Shown: positions 1-10,751 of the stretch, piece by piece
Numbering within the stretch: position 1 is the stretch's first letter
Layout: the number at the start of each line of letters is the position of its first letter
Assembly (NCBI GenBank): GCA_963663165.1
Contig: OY760175.1
Location: 2,752,001-2,816,000, forward strand
DNA: 64,000 bases
DNA from: an uncultured Desulfospira sp.
GTDB taxonomy: Bacteria > Desulfobacterota > Desulfobacteria > Desulfobacterales > Desulfobacteraceae
Direction: 5' to 3'
Made by a program: the position numbers and the translations under genes
The notes under the pieces: generated by a model
Seen by the model: the letters and a program-made list of their open reading frames with translations, nothing else
Database searches by the model: none
Told to the model about the DNA's origin: nothing

Positions 1-1
1 A

Positions 2-2779
2 GCTAAAAAACCTGATTTTTTAATTGTTCCCGGCGACTTGACAAAGGACGGGGCCCTGGCCAGCCACGAGAAATTTGCCGGATACCTTGCCGCCATGGAA
101 GCCGCAGGCATAAAGGTGTATGTGGCACCGGGCAACCATGATGTCAACAACCCCCACGCCTATTCTTTTGATGAGACCGGGGTCACTCCGGTTGACACCG
201 TATCGCCGGAGGGGTTTGCACAGGTGTATGCCGATTTTGGTTATGACGAGGCCATCGACAGGGATGAAGCGTCATTGAGTTATGTGGCTGAACCCGTGGA
301 AGGCATCTGGATTTTTTCCATTGATTCCTGCAAATACGAAAACAACATTACCCAGGGTTCTCCTGAAACCGGCGGTGCCATCCGGGAAGACACCATGGCC
401 TGGATCCTGGAAAAAATGGCCGAGGCCAGAAGCCTTGGCAAACAGGTGATCGGATTCATGCACCATGGGGTGACTGAGCATTATACCAGCCAGACCGCTT
501 TTTTTTCAGAATATGTTGTGGATGACTGGGAACAGGTTTCCGCCACCCTGGCCGATGCCGGAATGAAAATGGTGTTTACCGGCCATTACCATGCCAATGA
601 TATTACCCAGACCACACGGGTTAACGGCGGCCCCACGCTGTTTGATGTTGAAACCGGCTCCCTTGTCACCTGTCCTTCTCCTTACCGGCTGGTAACCTTA
701 ATGGACAACAAGGCCGCCATCCAGACCCAGTTTGTTAAAAAGATCAACTATGATACCGGAGACCAGTCCTTCCAGGAATATGCACAGGATTATCTGTACA
801 ACGGCCTTGTATCGATTGCCCAGGTCCTGCTCCAGAGCATGTTCGGGGTAGATGCGACTACGGCAGCTTATGCGGCCCCCTCTGTCGCAAAGGCCTTTTG
901 TGCCCATTATGCCGGTGATGAAACTGCCGATGCCGAAGCTTGGGCTGCGATCAATCAATTTATGGGTGGTGATGAAGACTCCCAGCTGTTAGGGGGGGTG
1001 CTTTATTATCTGTGGACGGATCTGCCCGTGGCAGACAACAATGTCTTTTTGGATTGCAGCACCGGCATTAAATTGTCCGTGGCCGGGACCTATGCATACA
1101 CGGATGCATCCGGAGCCAAAGTGTTTGATGGGGGTGCAGCGGAAATCCTGACCTATGACCCTTCTACCCAACGGGTTTTTGTTTCCAATGCCCATGCCAA
1201 TACCGTGGATGTCCTGGATGCGTCTGATCCGGCTCACCTGTCACGTTTATTTTCCATAGCTTTGGAGGGTTATGGTAAAGGGGTAAACAGCGTTGCGGTT
1301 AAGAACGGTATCCTGGCCGCAGCCATTGAGGCTGATCCCAAACAGAGTGACGGAAAAATCGTATTTTTTGATACCACTACCGGTGACTGTCTGAAACAGG
1401 TTGATGCCGGTGCCCTGCCCGACATGCTGACCTTTACCCCGGACGGCCGTAAAGTCCTTTGCGCCAATGAAGGGGAACCCAGTGACGATTATACCAATGA
1501 CCCTGAAGGGTCTGTTACCATTGTGGACTTGAGCGGGGGTGTGGAAAATGCTGATGCTGTTACGGTGGGCTTTTCTGCCTTTAATAACCAGGCGACGGCT
1601 CTCAAAGAAGCCGGGGTCAGGATTTTCGGTCCCGATGCCACGGTTGCCATGGATCTGGAGCCCGAATACATTGCCGTGTCCCAGGACGGCTCAACTGCAT
1701 GGATCACCTGCCAGGAAAACAATGCCATGGCCATTCTCGATATTGAAACCCGAACCATTACCGGCATTGTGCCCCTGACTTACAAGGCTCACAATGTGGA
1801 CGGCAACGGGCTTGATGCCAGCAACAAGGATGATGGTATCAATATCCAGACCTATGGCAACCTTTACGGCATGATCCAGCCCGATGCCGTGGCCGCTTTT
1901 CAGGTAGACGGTGAGACTTATTTGATCACCGCCAATGAAGGGGATTCAAGGGACTATGACGGGTTTTCGGAAGAAAAAAGGATAACGGGTGTGACCCTCG
2001 ACCCCACAGCCTTTCCTGATGCCGCTTCCCTCCAGGAAAATGAAGTCCTTGGCAGACTCAACATCACCACCACCCTGGGCGACACGGATGAGGATGGTGA
2101 TTACGATGAACTGTATTGCTACGGCGGCCGGTCCTTTTCCATTTTCAAGGCAGTGGACGGCGGTCTGGAACCGGTCTTTGACAGCGGGGATCAGTTGGAG
2201 CGGATCACAGCGGCCATGCTGCCCGATAATTTTAACGCCACCAACGATGACAACGATTCCTTTGACAGCCGCAGTGATGACAAGGGGCCTGAACCCGAAG
2301 GCCTGGCCGTGGGCACCATCAACGGCCGGACCTACGCCTTTATCGGCCTTGAACGTATCGGCGGTGTCATGGTGTATGATGTCACCGATCCTGCCGCTCC
2401 CGTTTTTGTCCAGTACATCAACAACCGGGATTTCACAGGTGATGCTGAAGAAGGCACCGCCGGCGACCTTGGCCCTGAAGGCCTGGTGTTCATCCCGGCA
2501 TCTGACAGCCCCACAGGTGCAAACCTGCTGGGGGTTGCCAACGAAATCAGCGGCACCACCACCTTGTATACCATTGATGTTGACAGTGATCTTGAAGGGG
2601 ACTTCAACGGTGACGGTGTGGTTGACAATGTGGATGTCAAACTGCTGCGGGTCCACCTTCGCCAGCCGGCAGCCACCCTCCCGGCGGCCGATTTTGACGG
2701 TGACGGAACCATTACGGTCCGGGATGTTCGCAAGCTGATAAATAAATGCACCCATGCCAGGTGCGCCTGCCAAGGGTAG
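2..2779 (+). CDS. Calcineurin-like metallophosphoesterase fused to a choice-of-anchor I (alkaline-phosphatase-associated beta-propeller) domain and a C-terminal dockerin-like domain; 5'-truncated by the window edge
   Basis: Frame is open from nt 2 (AKKPDFLIVPGDLTKDG). GD, GNHD, HH and GHYH phosphoesterase motifs; GALPDM, ANEGEP, DLEPEYI, RSDDKGPEPE and GLERIGG choice-of-anchor I motifs; paired DFNGDG/DFDGDG Ca-binding loops at the C-terminus. Confidence 0.85.
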   Translation, partial: AKKPDFLIVPGDLTKDGALASHEKFAGYLAAMEAAGIKVYVAPGNHDVNNPHAYSFDETGVTPVDTVSPEGFAQVYADFGYDEAIDRDEASLSYVAEPVEGIWIFSIDSCKYENNITQGSPETGGAIREDTMAWILEKMAEARSLGKQVIGFMHHGVTEHYTSQTAFFSEYVVDDWEQVSATLADAGMKMVFTGHYHANDITQTTRVNGGPTLFDVETGSLVTCPSPYRLVTLMDNKAAIQTQFVKKINYDTGDQSFQEYAQDYLYNGLVSIAQVLLQSMFGVDATTAAYAAPSVAKAFCAHYAGDETADAEAWAAINQFMGGDEDSQLLGGVLYYLWTDLPVADNNVFLDCSTGIKLSVAGTYAYTDASGAKVFDGGAAEILTYDPSTQRVFVSNAHANTVDVLDASDPAHLSRLFSIALEGYGKGVNSVAVKNGILAAAIEADPKQSDGKIVFFDTTTGDCLKQVDAGALPDMLTFTPDGRKVLCANEGEPSDDYTNDPEGSVTIVDLSGGVENADAVTVGFSAFNNQATALKEAGVRIFGPDATVAMDLEPEYIAVSQDGSTAWITCQENNAMAILDIETRTITGIVPLTYKAHNVDGNGLDASNKDDGINIQTYGNLYGMIQPDAVAAFQVDGETYLITANEGDSRDYDGFSEEKRITGVTLDPTAFPDAASLQENEVLGRLNITTTLGDTDEDGDYDELYCYGGRSFSIFKAVDGGLEPVFDSGDQLERITAAMLPDNFNATNDDNDSFDSRSDDKGPEPEGLAVGTINGRTYAFIGLERIGGVMVYDVTDPAAPVFVQYINNRDFTGDAEEGTAGDLGPEGLVFIPASDSPTGANLLGVANEISGTTTLYTIDVDSDLEGDFNGDGVVDNVDVKLLRVHLRQPAATLPAADFDGDGTITVRDVRKLINKCTHARCACQG

Positions 2780-2800
2780 GTAATTTGCGTCCTTGGTTTT

Positions 2801-2844
2801 TTGGGCCGGGTTGAATCTTAACCCGGCCCTAAGCCCTTTTTTTT
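2801..2844 (+). terminator. Intrinsic terminator between convergent genes
   Basis: GGGCCGGGTT..AACCCGGCCC hairpin followed by a T-run. Confidence 0.7.
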
Positions 2845-2871
2845 GTTTACCTTTCCGGTCTGAGTTACACT

Positions 2872-4107
2872 TTATCGGAGGTTATCCCTTCCCTGGCGGA
2901 TCAGTTCCAGCACATGATCAATATCGGCGACGGTGTGGCAGGCGTTGATCTGGAACCGGATGGTTTCATCGCCTTTGGGGACCACGGGAAATGTTAAGCC
3001 CACCACCAATACCCCGTTGTTATACAGAAAGTTTACCAGATCCCGGGTTCTGGCGGTATTCCGGACCAGAAGAGGGACCACGGGGTGAGGGCCGTCAATG
3101 GATTCAAGCCCTAAGCCTTCAAGGCCTTTTCTGAACCGGGCCGTGGCGTTTCCAAGATGGCCTAAAAGGTCCCGGCCCTGATCGCTGTCACAGATATCCA
3201 GGGCGGCCAGGGCAGCGGCACAGTCGGCAACACTTAGGGGGTTGGTGTAAATATAGGTGTCGGCCTTTTGCCGGACCGCCTCAATAACGGTGTCACTGCC
3301 TGCGATAAATCCGCCGTTCACCCCGAATGCCTTGCCAAAGGTGCCGATCACCATATCGGGCCAGGCCCCGGCATATTCGCTGGTGCCCCGGCCCGTTGCC
3401 CCGTAGGCCCCGATGCCGTGGGAATCGTCCACCACGGTGATGACCCCGTCTTTGAATTTGTCATCATAGGAGTTGCAGATGCTCTGGATCTGGTCAATGG
3501 GGGCAAAGTCACCGCGCATGGAAAAAATGCCGTCGAAAATCACCACCACCCGTTCCATGGACGGGTCCACCTCATCCAGGCAGCGTTTCAGATCGGCCAT
3601 ATCATTGTGCCGGAAAATTCCCTTATTGGCCGAGGGGATGTTGGATATGCGCATGGCCCGGATAATGGAGTTGTGGTTGAGCTGGTCCCCGATCCAGTGG
3701 GTTTTGGGGCTTGAAATGCTCAATGCCAGGCCGCAGTTGGCTGTATAGGCGCTGTTAAAGATTTTGGCGGCAGGCTTGCCCGTAAACTGTGCAATCCGCT
3801 GTTCCAAATTAGCGTGGTAGGAAAAAGTGCCGTCAATGAACCTTACCGCCCCCGGGCCCACCCCGAATTCATGGGTGGCTTTATCGGCTGCCGCCACCAG
3901 TTCAGGATGGGTGGATAAAGACAGATAAGAATTTGAATTGAGACGGATATACGCTTTGTCAGATCCCAGAAGTGTATATCTTGGGCCGGATTCTCCTTTG
4001 GGCGGGATATATCCGGTAATAATCCGTTCCTTTTGTTTTGCCCGGCCTTCTTCGCTTAATGCGAGAAGTTCCGATTCAAGGCTTTTGTCTAATTTTTTCA
4101 TGGTCAT
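2872..4107 (-). CDS. kbl: 2-amino-3-ketobutyrate CoA ligase (class II PLP aminotransferase)
   Basis: SNSYLSL, VRFIDGT, DQLNHNSII, DDSHG, GTFGKAFG (PLP lysine); directly downstream of tdh. Confidence 0.85.
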   Translation of the reverse strand: MTMKKLDKSLESELLALSEEGRAKQKERIITGYIPPKGESGPRYTLLGSDKAYIRLNSNSYLSLSTHPELVAAADKATHEFGVGPGAVRFIDGTFSYHANLEQRIAQFTGKPAAKIFNSAYTANCGLALSISSPKTHWIGDQLNHNSIIRAMRISNIPSANKGIFRHNDMADLKRCLDEVDPSMERVVVIFDGIFSMRGDFAPIDQIQSICNSYDDKFKDGVITVVDDSHGIGAYGATGRGTSEYAGAWPDMVIGTFGKAFGVNGGFIAGSDTVIEAVRQKADTYIYTNPLSVADCAAALAALDICDSDQGRDLLGHLGNATARFRKGLEGLGLESIDGPHPVVPLLVRNTARTRDLVNFLYNNGVLVVGLTFPVVPKGDETIRFQINACHTVADIDHVLELIRQGRDNLR

Positions 4108-4124
4108 ACTGGGGTATCCTTAAG

Positions 4125-5174
4125 TTAATCCCAATCTAAAATGACTTTTCCTGAATTTCCGGACCTCATGACCTCAAATCCCTTTTCAAATTCCGTGTAG
4201 TGGAACTTGTGGGTGATCAAAGGGGAAATATCCAGGCCGCTTTGGAGCATGGTGGTCATTTTATACCAGGTCTCGTACATTTCTCTTCCGTAAATTCCCT
4301 TGATGGTGAGCATGTTGAACACGACCTTGTTCCAGTCAATGGGTGCCTGGTCGGGCATGATGCCCAGCATGGCAATTTTACCGCCATGGCACATGTTGGA
4401 AAGGATGGCATCAAGGGCTGCCGGGCTGCCGGACATTTCCATGGCCACGTCAAATCCCTCTTTCATGTTAAGTTCTTTTTGAATATTGCCCAGGTCCTCT
4501 TTGGCCGCATTGACGGTCCGGGTGGCCCCGGCTTTTCGGGCCAGATCCAGGCGAAAGGGGTTAAGATCCGTGACCACCACATGGCGGGCCCCGGCATGCC
4601 GGGCAATGGCCGCGGCCATGCAGCCGATGGGACCGGCCCCGGTGATCAGGACATCCTCGCCCAGCACATCAAAGCTCAAGGCCGTGTGGGTGGCATTGCC
4701 GAATGGGTCAAAGCAGGCCAGGACATCCAGGGGGATGGTTCTGTCACAGTACCAGACATTGGTCACGGGGATGGCCAGATACTCGGCAAAGGCCCCGGGC
4801 CGGTTCACGCCAACGCCTTTGGTGTCCCGGCACAAGTGGCGCCGGCCGGCCAGGCAGTTCCTGCAGTGGCCGCAGACCAGATGCCCCTCCCCGGAAACCA
4901 GGTCTCCGATGGCAAAATCCGTGACGTGGCTGCCCACGGCGGCAATTTTGCCCACAAATTCATGGCCGATATGCATGGGCACGGGAATGGTGTTCTGGGA
5001 CCATTTATCCCAGTTGTAAATATGGACATCCGTGCCGCAGATGGCGGTTTTAAGGATTTTGATCAGCACCTGGTCATGGCGGATTTGGGGAACCGGAACC
5101 TTCTGGAGCCACAAGCCCTGTTTTGCATGGGCCTTGACCAGGGCGTTCATGGTATGAGGAATGGATGAATTCAT
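4125..5174 (-). CDS. tdh: L-threonine 3-dehydrogenase
   Basis: [23 protein letters not shown] Zn site, [30 protein letters not shown] upstream of ATG 5174. Confidence 0.95.
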   Translation of the reverse strand: MNSSIPHTMNALVKAHAKQGLWLQKVPVPQIRHDQVLIKILKTAICGTDVHIYNWDKWSQNTIPVPMHIGHEFVGKIAAVGSHVTDFAIGDLVSGEGHLVCGHCRNCLAGRRHLCRDTKGVGVNRPGAFAEYLAIPVTNVWYCDRTIPLDVLACFDPFGNATHTALSFDVLGEDVLITGAGPIGCMAAAIARHAGARHVVVTDLNPFRLDLARKAGATRTVNAAKEDLGNIQKELNMKEGFDVAMEMSGSPAALDAILSNMCHGGKIAMLGIMPDQAPIDWNKVVFNMLTIKGIYGREMYETWYKMTTMLQSGLDISPLITHKFHYTEFEKGFEVMRSGNSGKVILDWD

Positions 5175-5325
5175 GATGGGAACACTCCTTAATGTTAAGC
5201 GTTCATCATTCATCCTGCCCTTGTGGGGTAAAAATGTCAAGAAGGGACCGGTTTGCGGGCAGGCCATCGCATGTGACTTGCCCGCTGGTGATGCCAATTG
5301 GGGTGATAAGGATAATAATGTATAA

Positions 5326-5417
5326 AATTGGGACTTGGGATATGGGACTTGGGACTTGGGGAGGCCATGGATACGGCAATCCCCAAGTCCCATATCCCAA
5401 GTCCAAAGTCCATAATT
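5326..5417. repeat. Inverted array of TTGGGAC/GTCCCAA heptamers forming a hairpin
   Basis: TTGGGAC TTGGGAT ATGGGAC TTGGGAC TTGGGG ... CCCCAA GTCCCAT ATCCCAA GTCCAAA GTCC. Confidence 0.85.
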
Positions 5418-5641
5418 GGAGATTCTCCTTATTTTCCATTCCGGAATGGGTTGCTTTTTTACATGCGTTAGCCCTGCTTTAAGGGCAATTGCGTTCAGCC
5501 CGCTTAAAATTTTGATCTAAATCATGACAAGCCATTTTAACGGTTTTTGAAGATAAGCTTTTGTAATGGGGTGGGTTTCTATCGTGAATATGGAATCAAG
5601 CCGTATCGGACGAGCGGGGGAACTGCGGGGGGAGGATGGCT

Positions 5642-5678
5642 TTGAGAAATTCGCCGCATGGGGTTGCGAATTTCTCAA
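5642..5678 (-). terminator. Hairpin downstream of the lipoprotein gene
   Basis: TTGAGAAATTCGC...GCGAATTTCTCAA, perfect 13-bp stem. Confidence 0.55.
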
Positions 5679-5707
5679 GGCGGTTCCGGGGGTTTTCCCA
5701 TGGGGGG

Positions 5708-6157
5708 TTACCAGTTCTGGGGATTGAGCATGGTTTGCTCAGCCTCTTTTTTCCGGATTTCTTCCTGATCCTTTTGATAGATTTCGGGTGACGGGGTGTA
5801 TTCAGCAGAAACCGTTGTTACCACCGGCGTAAGAACCCAGGTAAACGGCGGAAACCCATACCAGTAATTTTCGCTCGATCCCTGAACAATCCGGACATTG
5901 TTACCGCCCTCTTCAGCGATGGCTTCGGTCAGGTCTTCCACCATCCCGCCTACGCCGACATTGCCGGCAAACGGGATCACCACCAGAAGATTCATGGCCA
6001 CTTTACTGGTTTTTTTATAATAAGCCGGTTCTCCGTCCACCCCGGTCAATCCATGCCAGTTTGTTGCCGTTGAGTGAAACGCACACCCGCTCATCAGACA
6101 ACAGAAGCAAGCCAGAACCACCATCCTTTTTTTAATACACATCCTGTTTTCCATCAT
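5708..6157 (-). CDS. Hypothetical lipoprotein
   Basis: Basic N-terminus, hydrophobic stretch, lipobox LMSGC; AAGGAAGG RBS upstream. Confidence 0.7.
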   Translation of the reverse strand: MMENRMCIKKRMVVLACFCCLMSGCAFHSTATNWHGLTGVDGEPAYYKKTSKVAMNLLVVIPFAGNVGVGGMVEDLTEAIAEEGGNNVRIVQGSSENYWYGFPPFTWVLTPVVTTVSAEYTPSPEIYQKDQEEIRKKEAEQTMLNPQNW

Positions 6158-6830
6158 TGACTATCGGCCTTCCTTTTTTAAAACAATAAATTCCTTTAAT
6201 TTAACCCGGTGCCGGGCCTGTTCCGTTTTACCGGGCCGGCCATCCCACTGGATCCATGATCTTTACCAGCAACCGGCCGGGGCGGTAAACAACACCGTCC
6301 CGGCCGGCAAATCGGTTCTGTATAAAATAGGGTCTTTTAATTGTCAAGGTTGGGCCGGGCCAAAGACGGACCCGCTTAAGGCCACGGTTTTGAGGGTAAA
6401 AAAAGCGGGAACTTTTATCCTGTCGATCCCTTAGGCCCATTTGCCTTCACCCCATCGGATCTGTCCCAACCATCTTAATTATGTAAAAAAAATGAAGAAA
6501 CGCAGGTGTAAATCCAAGATTGGCCTTGACATTAAAGCCTTTTCCAATATTATGGAAAATGACCTTAACCATTTTTCGTAAATAAAAAAATACAGCGGCA
6601 AAAAGGGACGTTAGCCCCCCCCCAAAGGAAAACCCTGAATTACGTTTCGCCCAACCGTTATATCTGTCGTTTTTGTGATACCATTGACTTTGCCGCAAAT
6701 CCGTATAACGGCCACGGGCCGTCTTGGTTATCCAACCAAGGCCCGCCCGCAACAAATATTATAAAAATTCAACCGGTTGCAGAGTCTTTCATATAAAAAA
6801 AACAAAAAGCAGCCCCATTGAAGGCAAGCC

Positions 6831-8381
6831 ATGTTTGAAAAAACAGGTCATAGCACGACATACGATAAAACAATGCTGGATTATTTGCGCGCTTTGATAG
6901 CCGTGAATGCCGGCATCGTGCTGCCTAAAAGCCAGGACCGGGAATTGCTTTCCCTGATTCAGGAGCGGCTGCATAAGAATGGCCGGATCTCCTTTGAAGA
7001 ATACGAAAGCCGGTTGAACCTCAAAGGGGCGTTTGCGAAAGATGAATTGCAAATTCTGTTTAAACGCCTGACCATTGGCGAAAGTTATTTTTTCAGGGAT
7101 CCCCAGCAGTTTCAATTAATTGAGACCAACCTGCTTAAAAAATGCATTCAATCGCTCAAACCCGGGAACCCCTTAAGAATATGGAGTGCGGGATGCGCCA
7201 CAGGAGAAGAACCCTATTCCATTGCCATCATTTTAGACCGCCTCCCCCTTGTGGCAGATGGCCTGACCGTAGACATACTCGGAACCGATATCAACGAGGA
7301 TTTTATTGCGTCAGCCAAGCAGGGGATATACAGTTCATGGTCCTTTAGAAACATTGACCCGGACATAAAAGACCAATATTTCACACGGCAGAATCAAAAA
7401 TGGCACATCAGCGACGATATCCGGGAAAAAGTACATTTCCACCGGATCAACCTGGTCCGGGACACATTTCCCTCCCATTCAGCCGGTCTTGAAGCCATGG
7501 ACCTTATTTTATGCCGGAATGTGTTTATCTACTTTACGCCTGAAACCGTCAGCCGGATAATGGAAAAATTTGCCGCCACCCTGCGGCCCGGCGGTTTTCT
7601 GGTCACCGGGCATGCGGAAGTCGTCCAATATCCGACCCAAATGCTTGGGGCGATCTCTTATCCGGAGTCCATGGTATATCAGCGGTATCTGTCCGGTGAG
7701 AAACCCTTGCAGCCCATCCCCTCCAAAAGCTGCGGCCCGGCGTTAAACAAAAGACCGGCAGACCGGGAATCCAGGGCATCTGCCCTCTCTTTCAGGACAG
7801 CACCTCCCCGACGGGTGGCCCCTGCCCGGCCCATGACCGATCCTAAACCATCCGGGCCCAAAGCGGCCATAAACCCCAAAACAGACCTGACCGCCTTATT
7901 TTTAAACAAAAAATACGATGCCCTGATCCAGGCAGTCGGAAAGCTTGACCCGGTGCCGGCATTTGCCGTTGTTCTCACGGCAAGGGCCGCTGCCAACCAA
8001 GGCAAACTGACCAATGCCGAAGAACTTTGCCGCCAGGCCATACAGGCCGATGACATGAACCCGTCCGCCTATTATCTGCTGGCACTGATTGCCCTGGACC
8101 GGGGGCGGCCGGAAGATGCGAAAGCCTTTTTTAACCAGGCCATTTATCTTGACCCGGATTATGCCCCGGCCCATTTGAGCCTGGCAGACCTTGTAGAACA
8201 GGAAAAAGACCTTTCCAAAGCCCGGGTTTTAAGACAAATCGCCGTGACCCTCATCGGTCGTTTGCCCGATGGCCAACCCATCGAATTTTTTGAAGAATAT
8301 TCCAAGAACGACCTGACGGCGCTGCTCCAGCAGCAGCTGATACCGAGCCATCGTAAAAAAGAACGGGACGTTATGCCATGA
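6831..8381 (+). CDS. cheR: CheR methyltransferase with C-terminal TPRs (WspC-like)
   Basis: LTIGESYFFRD, IWSAGCATGEEPYS, GTDIN, DLILCRNVFIYF; Pro-rich linker followed by TPR helices. Confidence 0.92.
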   Translation: MFEKTGHSTTYDKTMLDYLRALIAVNAGIVLPKSQDRELLSLIQERLHKNGRISFEEYESRLNLKGAFAKDELQILFKRLTIGESYFFRDPQQFQLIETNLLKKCIQSLKPGNPLRIWSAGCATGEEPYSIAIILDRLPLVADGLTVDILGTDINEDFIASAKQGIYSSWSFRNIDPDIKDQYFTRQNQKWHISDDIREKVHFHRINLVRDTFPSHSAGLEAMDLILCRNVFIYFTPETVSRIMEKFAATLRPGGFLVTGHAEVVQYPTQMLGAISYPESMVYQRYLSGEKPLQPIPSKSCGPALNKRPADRESRASALSFRTAPPRRVAPARPMTDPKPSGPKAAINPKTDLTALFLNKKYDALIQAVGKLDPVPAFAVVLTARAAANQGKLTNAEELCRQAIQADDMNPSAYYLLALIALDRGRPEDAKAFFNQAIYLDPDYAPAHLSLADLVEQEKDLSKARVLRQIAVTLIGRLPDGQPIEFFEEYSKNDLTALLQQQLIPSHRKKERDVMP

Positions 8382-9628
8382 CAAAAGTATTAATTGCCGA
8401 AGATGATATGATTCTGGCCAAAATGATCACCCGGAAAATAACGGACACCCTTAAGTTTGAGGTCACCCATGTGACCACCTTGGCCCAGGCCATGGCCGTG
8501 ATTGAACAAGGGGTAGAGGATTATTTCATTGCCATTTTAGATCTTTATCTTCCCGATGCCCCGGACGGTGAAATCATTGATATGGTTGCCCAGCATCTGC
8601 CGGTGGTGGTGTTTACCGCCCAGATGGATGATGATGTCCGCAGCTTTGTGGAATCCAAGCCCGTGATCGATTATGTGATTAAACATGGCGAACGCAGCAT
8701 CAAATTACTGGTTGAACTGGTCCAGCGCCTTTCCAAAAACCAGAATATCAAAGCCATGGTGGTGGACGATTCGGCCATTGCCCGGACCATGCTGGCCAAT
8801 ATTCTAAAATCTTATCAGTTTCAGGTCCTGACGGCCGGGGACGGGGATGAAGCCCTGGCCCTTCTGGCCGAACACCCGGACATCCGCATTGTGATCACCG
8901 ATTATATCATGCCCAATATCAACGGGCTTGAACTTTTGGAAACCATCCGGGGAAACCTGGACCTGGATCGCAAAGAGCTTGCCATCATCGGGGTTTCCGG
9001 CCAGGTCGGGGATACCTTCAGCGCCAAATTCATCAAAAACGGAGGCAATGATTTTCTGATCAAGCCCTTTTTAAAAGAGGAGCTGATCTGCCGCATCAAC
9101 CAGAACATTGAATTTTTAGAACATATTGAAGCCATTACCACCATGGCCGAACGCGACCATTTATCCGGGCTGTACAACCGCCGGTACTTTTTTGAAGTCG
9201 GGGAACGGTTTTACGCCAATGCCAGACGGGATCACCTGACCCTGGTGCTGGCCATGCTGGATATTGACCATTTTAAATCCGTGAATGACGTTTACGGGCA
9301 TTATGCCGGCGACCAGGTGATCAAGGCCGTGGCCAACACCCTGAATGATTCATTTCGGTCTTCTGACCTGGTGGCCCGGATCGGGGGGGAAGAATTTTGT
9401 GTGCTGGCCACCAATATGGACCCGGGCCATATCAGAATCACCATGGAACGGCTGCGCCAGGCGGTTGAAAATACGGTGGTCACGGTGGGGGAATCGGATA
9501 TCCGGGTAACCATCAGCATCGGGGTACATTCCGATCTTGAAGAATCCCTGGCCGCCATGCTCAACCGGGCCGATGAACTGCTTTATAAGGCCAAAACAAG
9601 CGGCAGAAACCGCGTGGAGGAGGGATAA
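8378..9628 (+). CDS. REC-REC-GGDEF diguanylate cyclase response regulator
   Basis: Two receiver domains (AEDD..ILDLYLPD; VDDS..ITDYIMP..KPF), DIDHFKSVND, RSSD I-site, GGEEF active site. Confidence 0.92.
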   Translation: MTKVLIAEDDMILAKMITRKITDTLKFEVTHVTTLAQAMAVIEQGVEDYFIAILDLYLPDAPDGEIIDMVAQHLPVVVFTAQMDDDVRSFVESKPVIDYVIKHGERSIKLLVELVQRLSKNQNIKAMVVDDSAIARTMLANILKSYQFQVLTAGDGDEALALLAEHPDIRIVITDYIMPNINGLELLETIRGNLDLDRKELAIIGVSGQVGDTFSAKFIKNGGNDFLIKPFLKEELICRINQNIEFLEHIEAITTMAERDHLSGLYNRRYFFEVGERFYANARRDHLTLVLAMLDIDHFKSVNDVYGHYAGDQVIKAVANTLNDSFRSSDLVARIGGEEFCVLATNMDPGHIRITMERLRQAVENTVVTVGESDIRVTISIGVHSDLEESLAAMLNRADELLYKAKTSGRNRVEEG

Positions 9629-9634
9629 GGGGGG

Positions 9635-10732
9635 ATGAATATGTCAACTGCGGCTCAAAGTTCTGTTAAACCGGAGACCCCCCTGCCGGATTGCGCCGGT
9701 GCTTATCTGGTGTTTGAATTCACCGGGAAACGGTATGGGGTAAAAGCCGCCATGTTAAAAGAGTCCATCCGCCTGCCCGAGCTGACCCCGGTGGATGATG
9801 AACCCGATTATATTGTGGGGGTGCTGAACTTAAGAGGACGCGTCCTGCCTGTCATGGACCTGAACCTGCGCATGGGAAGGCGGACCCAACCCTACACCAT
9901 CAATCACTGCGTGGTGGTCCTGAATAACCAGGGCCGGCTGTTGGGGCTGATGGCCAATGATCTGGTAAAGCTGACCGATTACCTGGACAGTGACGTGGAC
10001 CCGCTGCAGCACTTTGAGGAAAAAGACACCCCGGCGGCCCGGCGGCTGCTGCATTGCGTCAGGGGGGTTGCCAAAGACAGCGAAGAACTGGTGGCCGTTC
10101 TGGATACGGATATTCTGTTTTCCTCAGCCTGGCCTGAGGACAAGAATATCAAGGAGGATCTGCCAGGCCCGTTAACGGAACCCGGCAGTTTCTGTCCTGA
10201 GGCAAGCGATGCCGACCGCGCCGTGTTTCTGAACCGCCGGCAGCGGCTGATGCAGCACACTGAGGCCATGGACACCTCTGAATTGGCGTCAATGGCCGTG
10301 ATCCGTATTGGGCAGGCCTTTCTCGGAATCGACCTGGGGATTGTCCGGGGATTTGCCGGAACCCGGAAAATCACACCGGTTCCGTGCTGTCCGGCCTATA
10401 TTCTGGGCAATATCAACCTGCGCGGCGAAGTACTCACCGTCGTGGACCTAAGGGGGTTTTTACAATTGCCCCCGGCAGACCCGTCCGCTTACCTTCAGAT
10501 TCTGGTGGCCAAATCCGGTGACATTACCGTGGCGGTTTCCATAGACGAAATCCAGGATGTCATCAGCCTTGGCCATGAAACCACGGCCCAGACACCGGTG
10601 GCCGGCGGGGCACTGACAGGGGATTTTGTCAAAGGGGCGGTGATTTACAAAAAAAAGATGATCAGCATCATTGATCTGGACCATATTCTCACCAGCGGCA
10701 TGCTGGTGGTCAACCAGGAGAAAACTATCTAA
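9635..10732 (+). CDS. cheW: Protein with two tandem CheW domains
   Basis: PDYIVGVLNLRGRVLPVMDL and PAYILGNINLRGEVLTVVDL. Confidence 0.88.
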   Translation: MNMSTAAQSSVKPETPLPDCAGAYLVFEFTGKRYGVKAAMLKESIRLPELTPVDDEPDYIVGVLNLRGRVLPVMDLNLRMGRRTQPYTINHCVVVLNNQGRLLGLMANDLVKLTDYLDSDVDPLQHFEEKDTPAARRLLHCVRGVAKDSEELVAVLDTDILFSSAWPEDKNIKEDLPGPLTEPGSFCPEASDADRAVFLNRRQRLMQHTEAMDTSELASMAVIRIGQAFLGIDLGIVRGFAGTRKITPVPCCPAYILGNINLRGEVLTVVDLRGFLQLPPADPSAYLQILVAKSGDITVAVSIDEIQDVISLGHETTAQTPVAGGALTGDFVKGAVIYKKKMISIIDLDHILTSGMLVVNQEKTI

Positions 10733-10751
10733 CGCATGGGGAGTACCTTTT

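Noticed and set aside
5175..5393. N-terminal extension of tdh in the ORF track
   Set aside because: It runs through the heptamer repeat and promoter region; the RBS supports ATG 5174
6228..6755. Short minus-strand ORFs upstream of cheR
   Set aside because: No RBS or motifs and atypical composition; more likely promoter DNA
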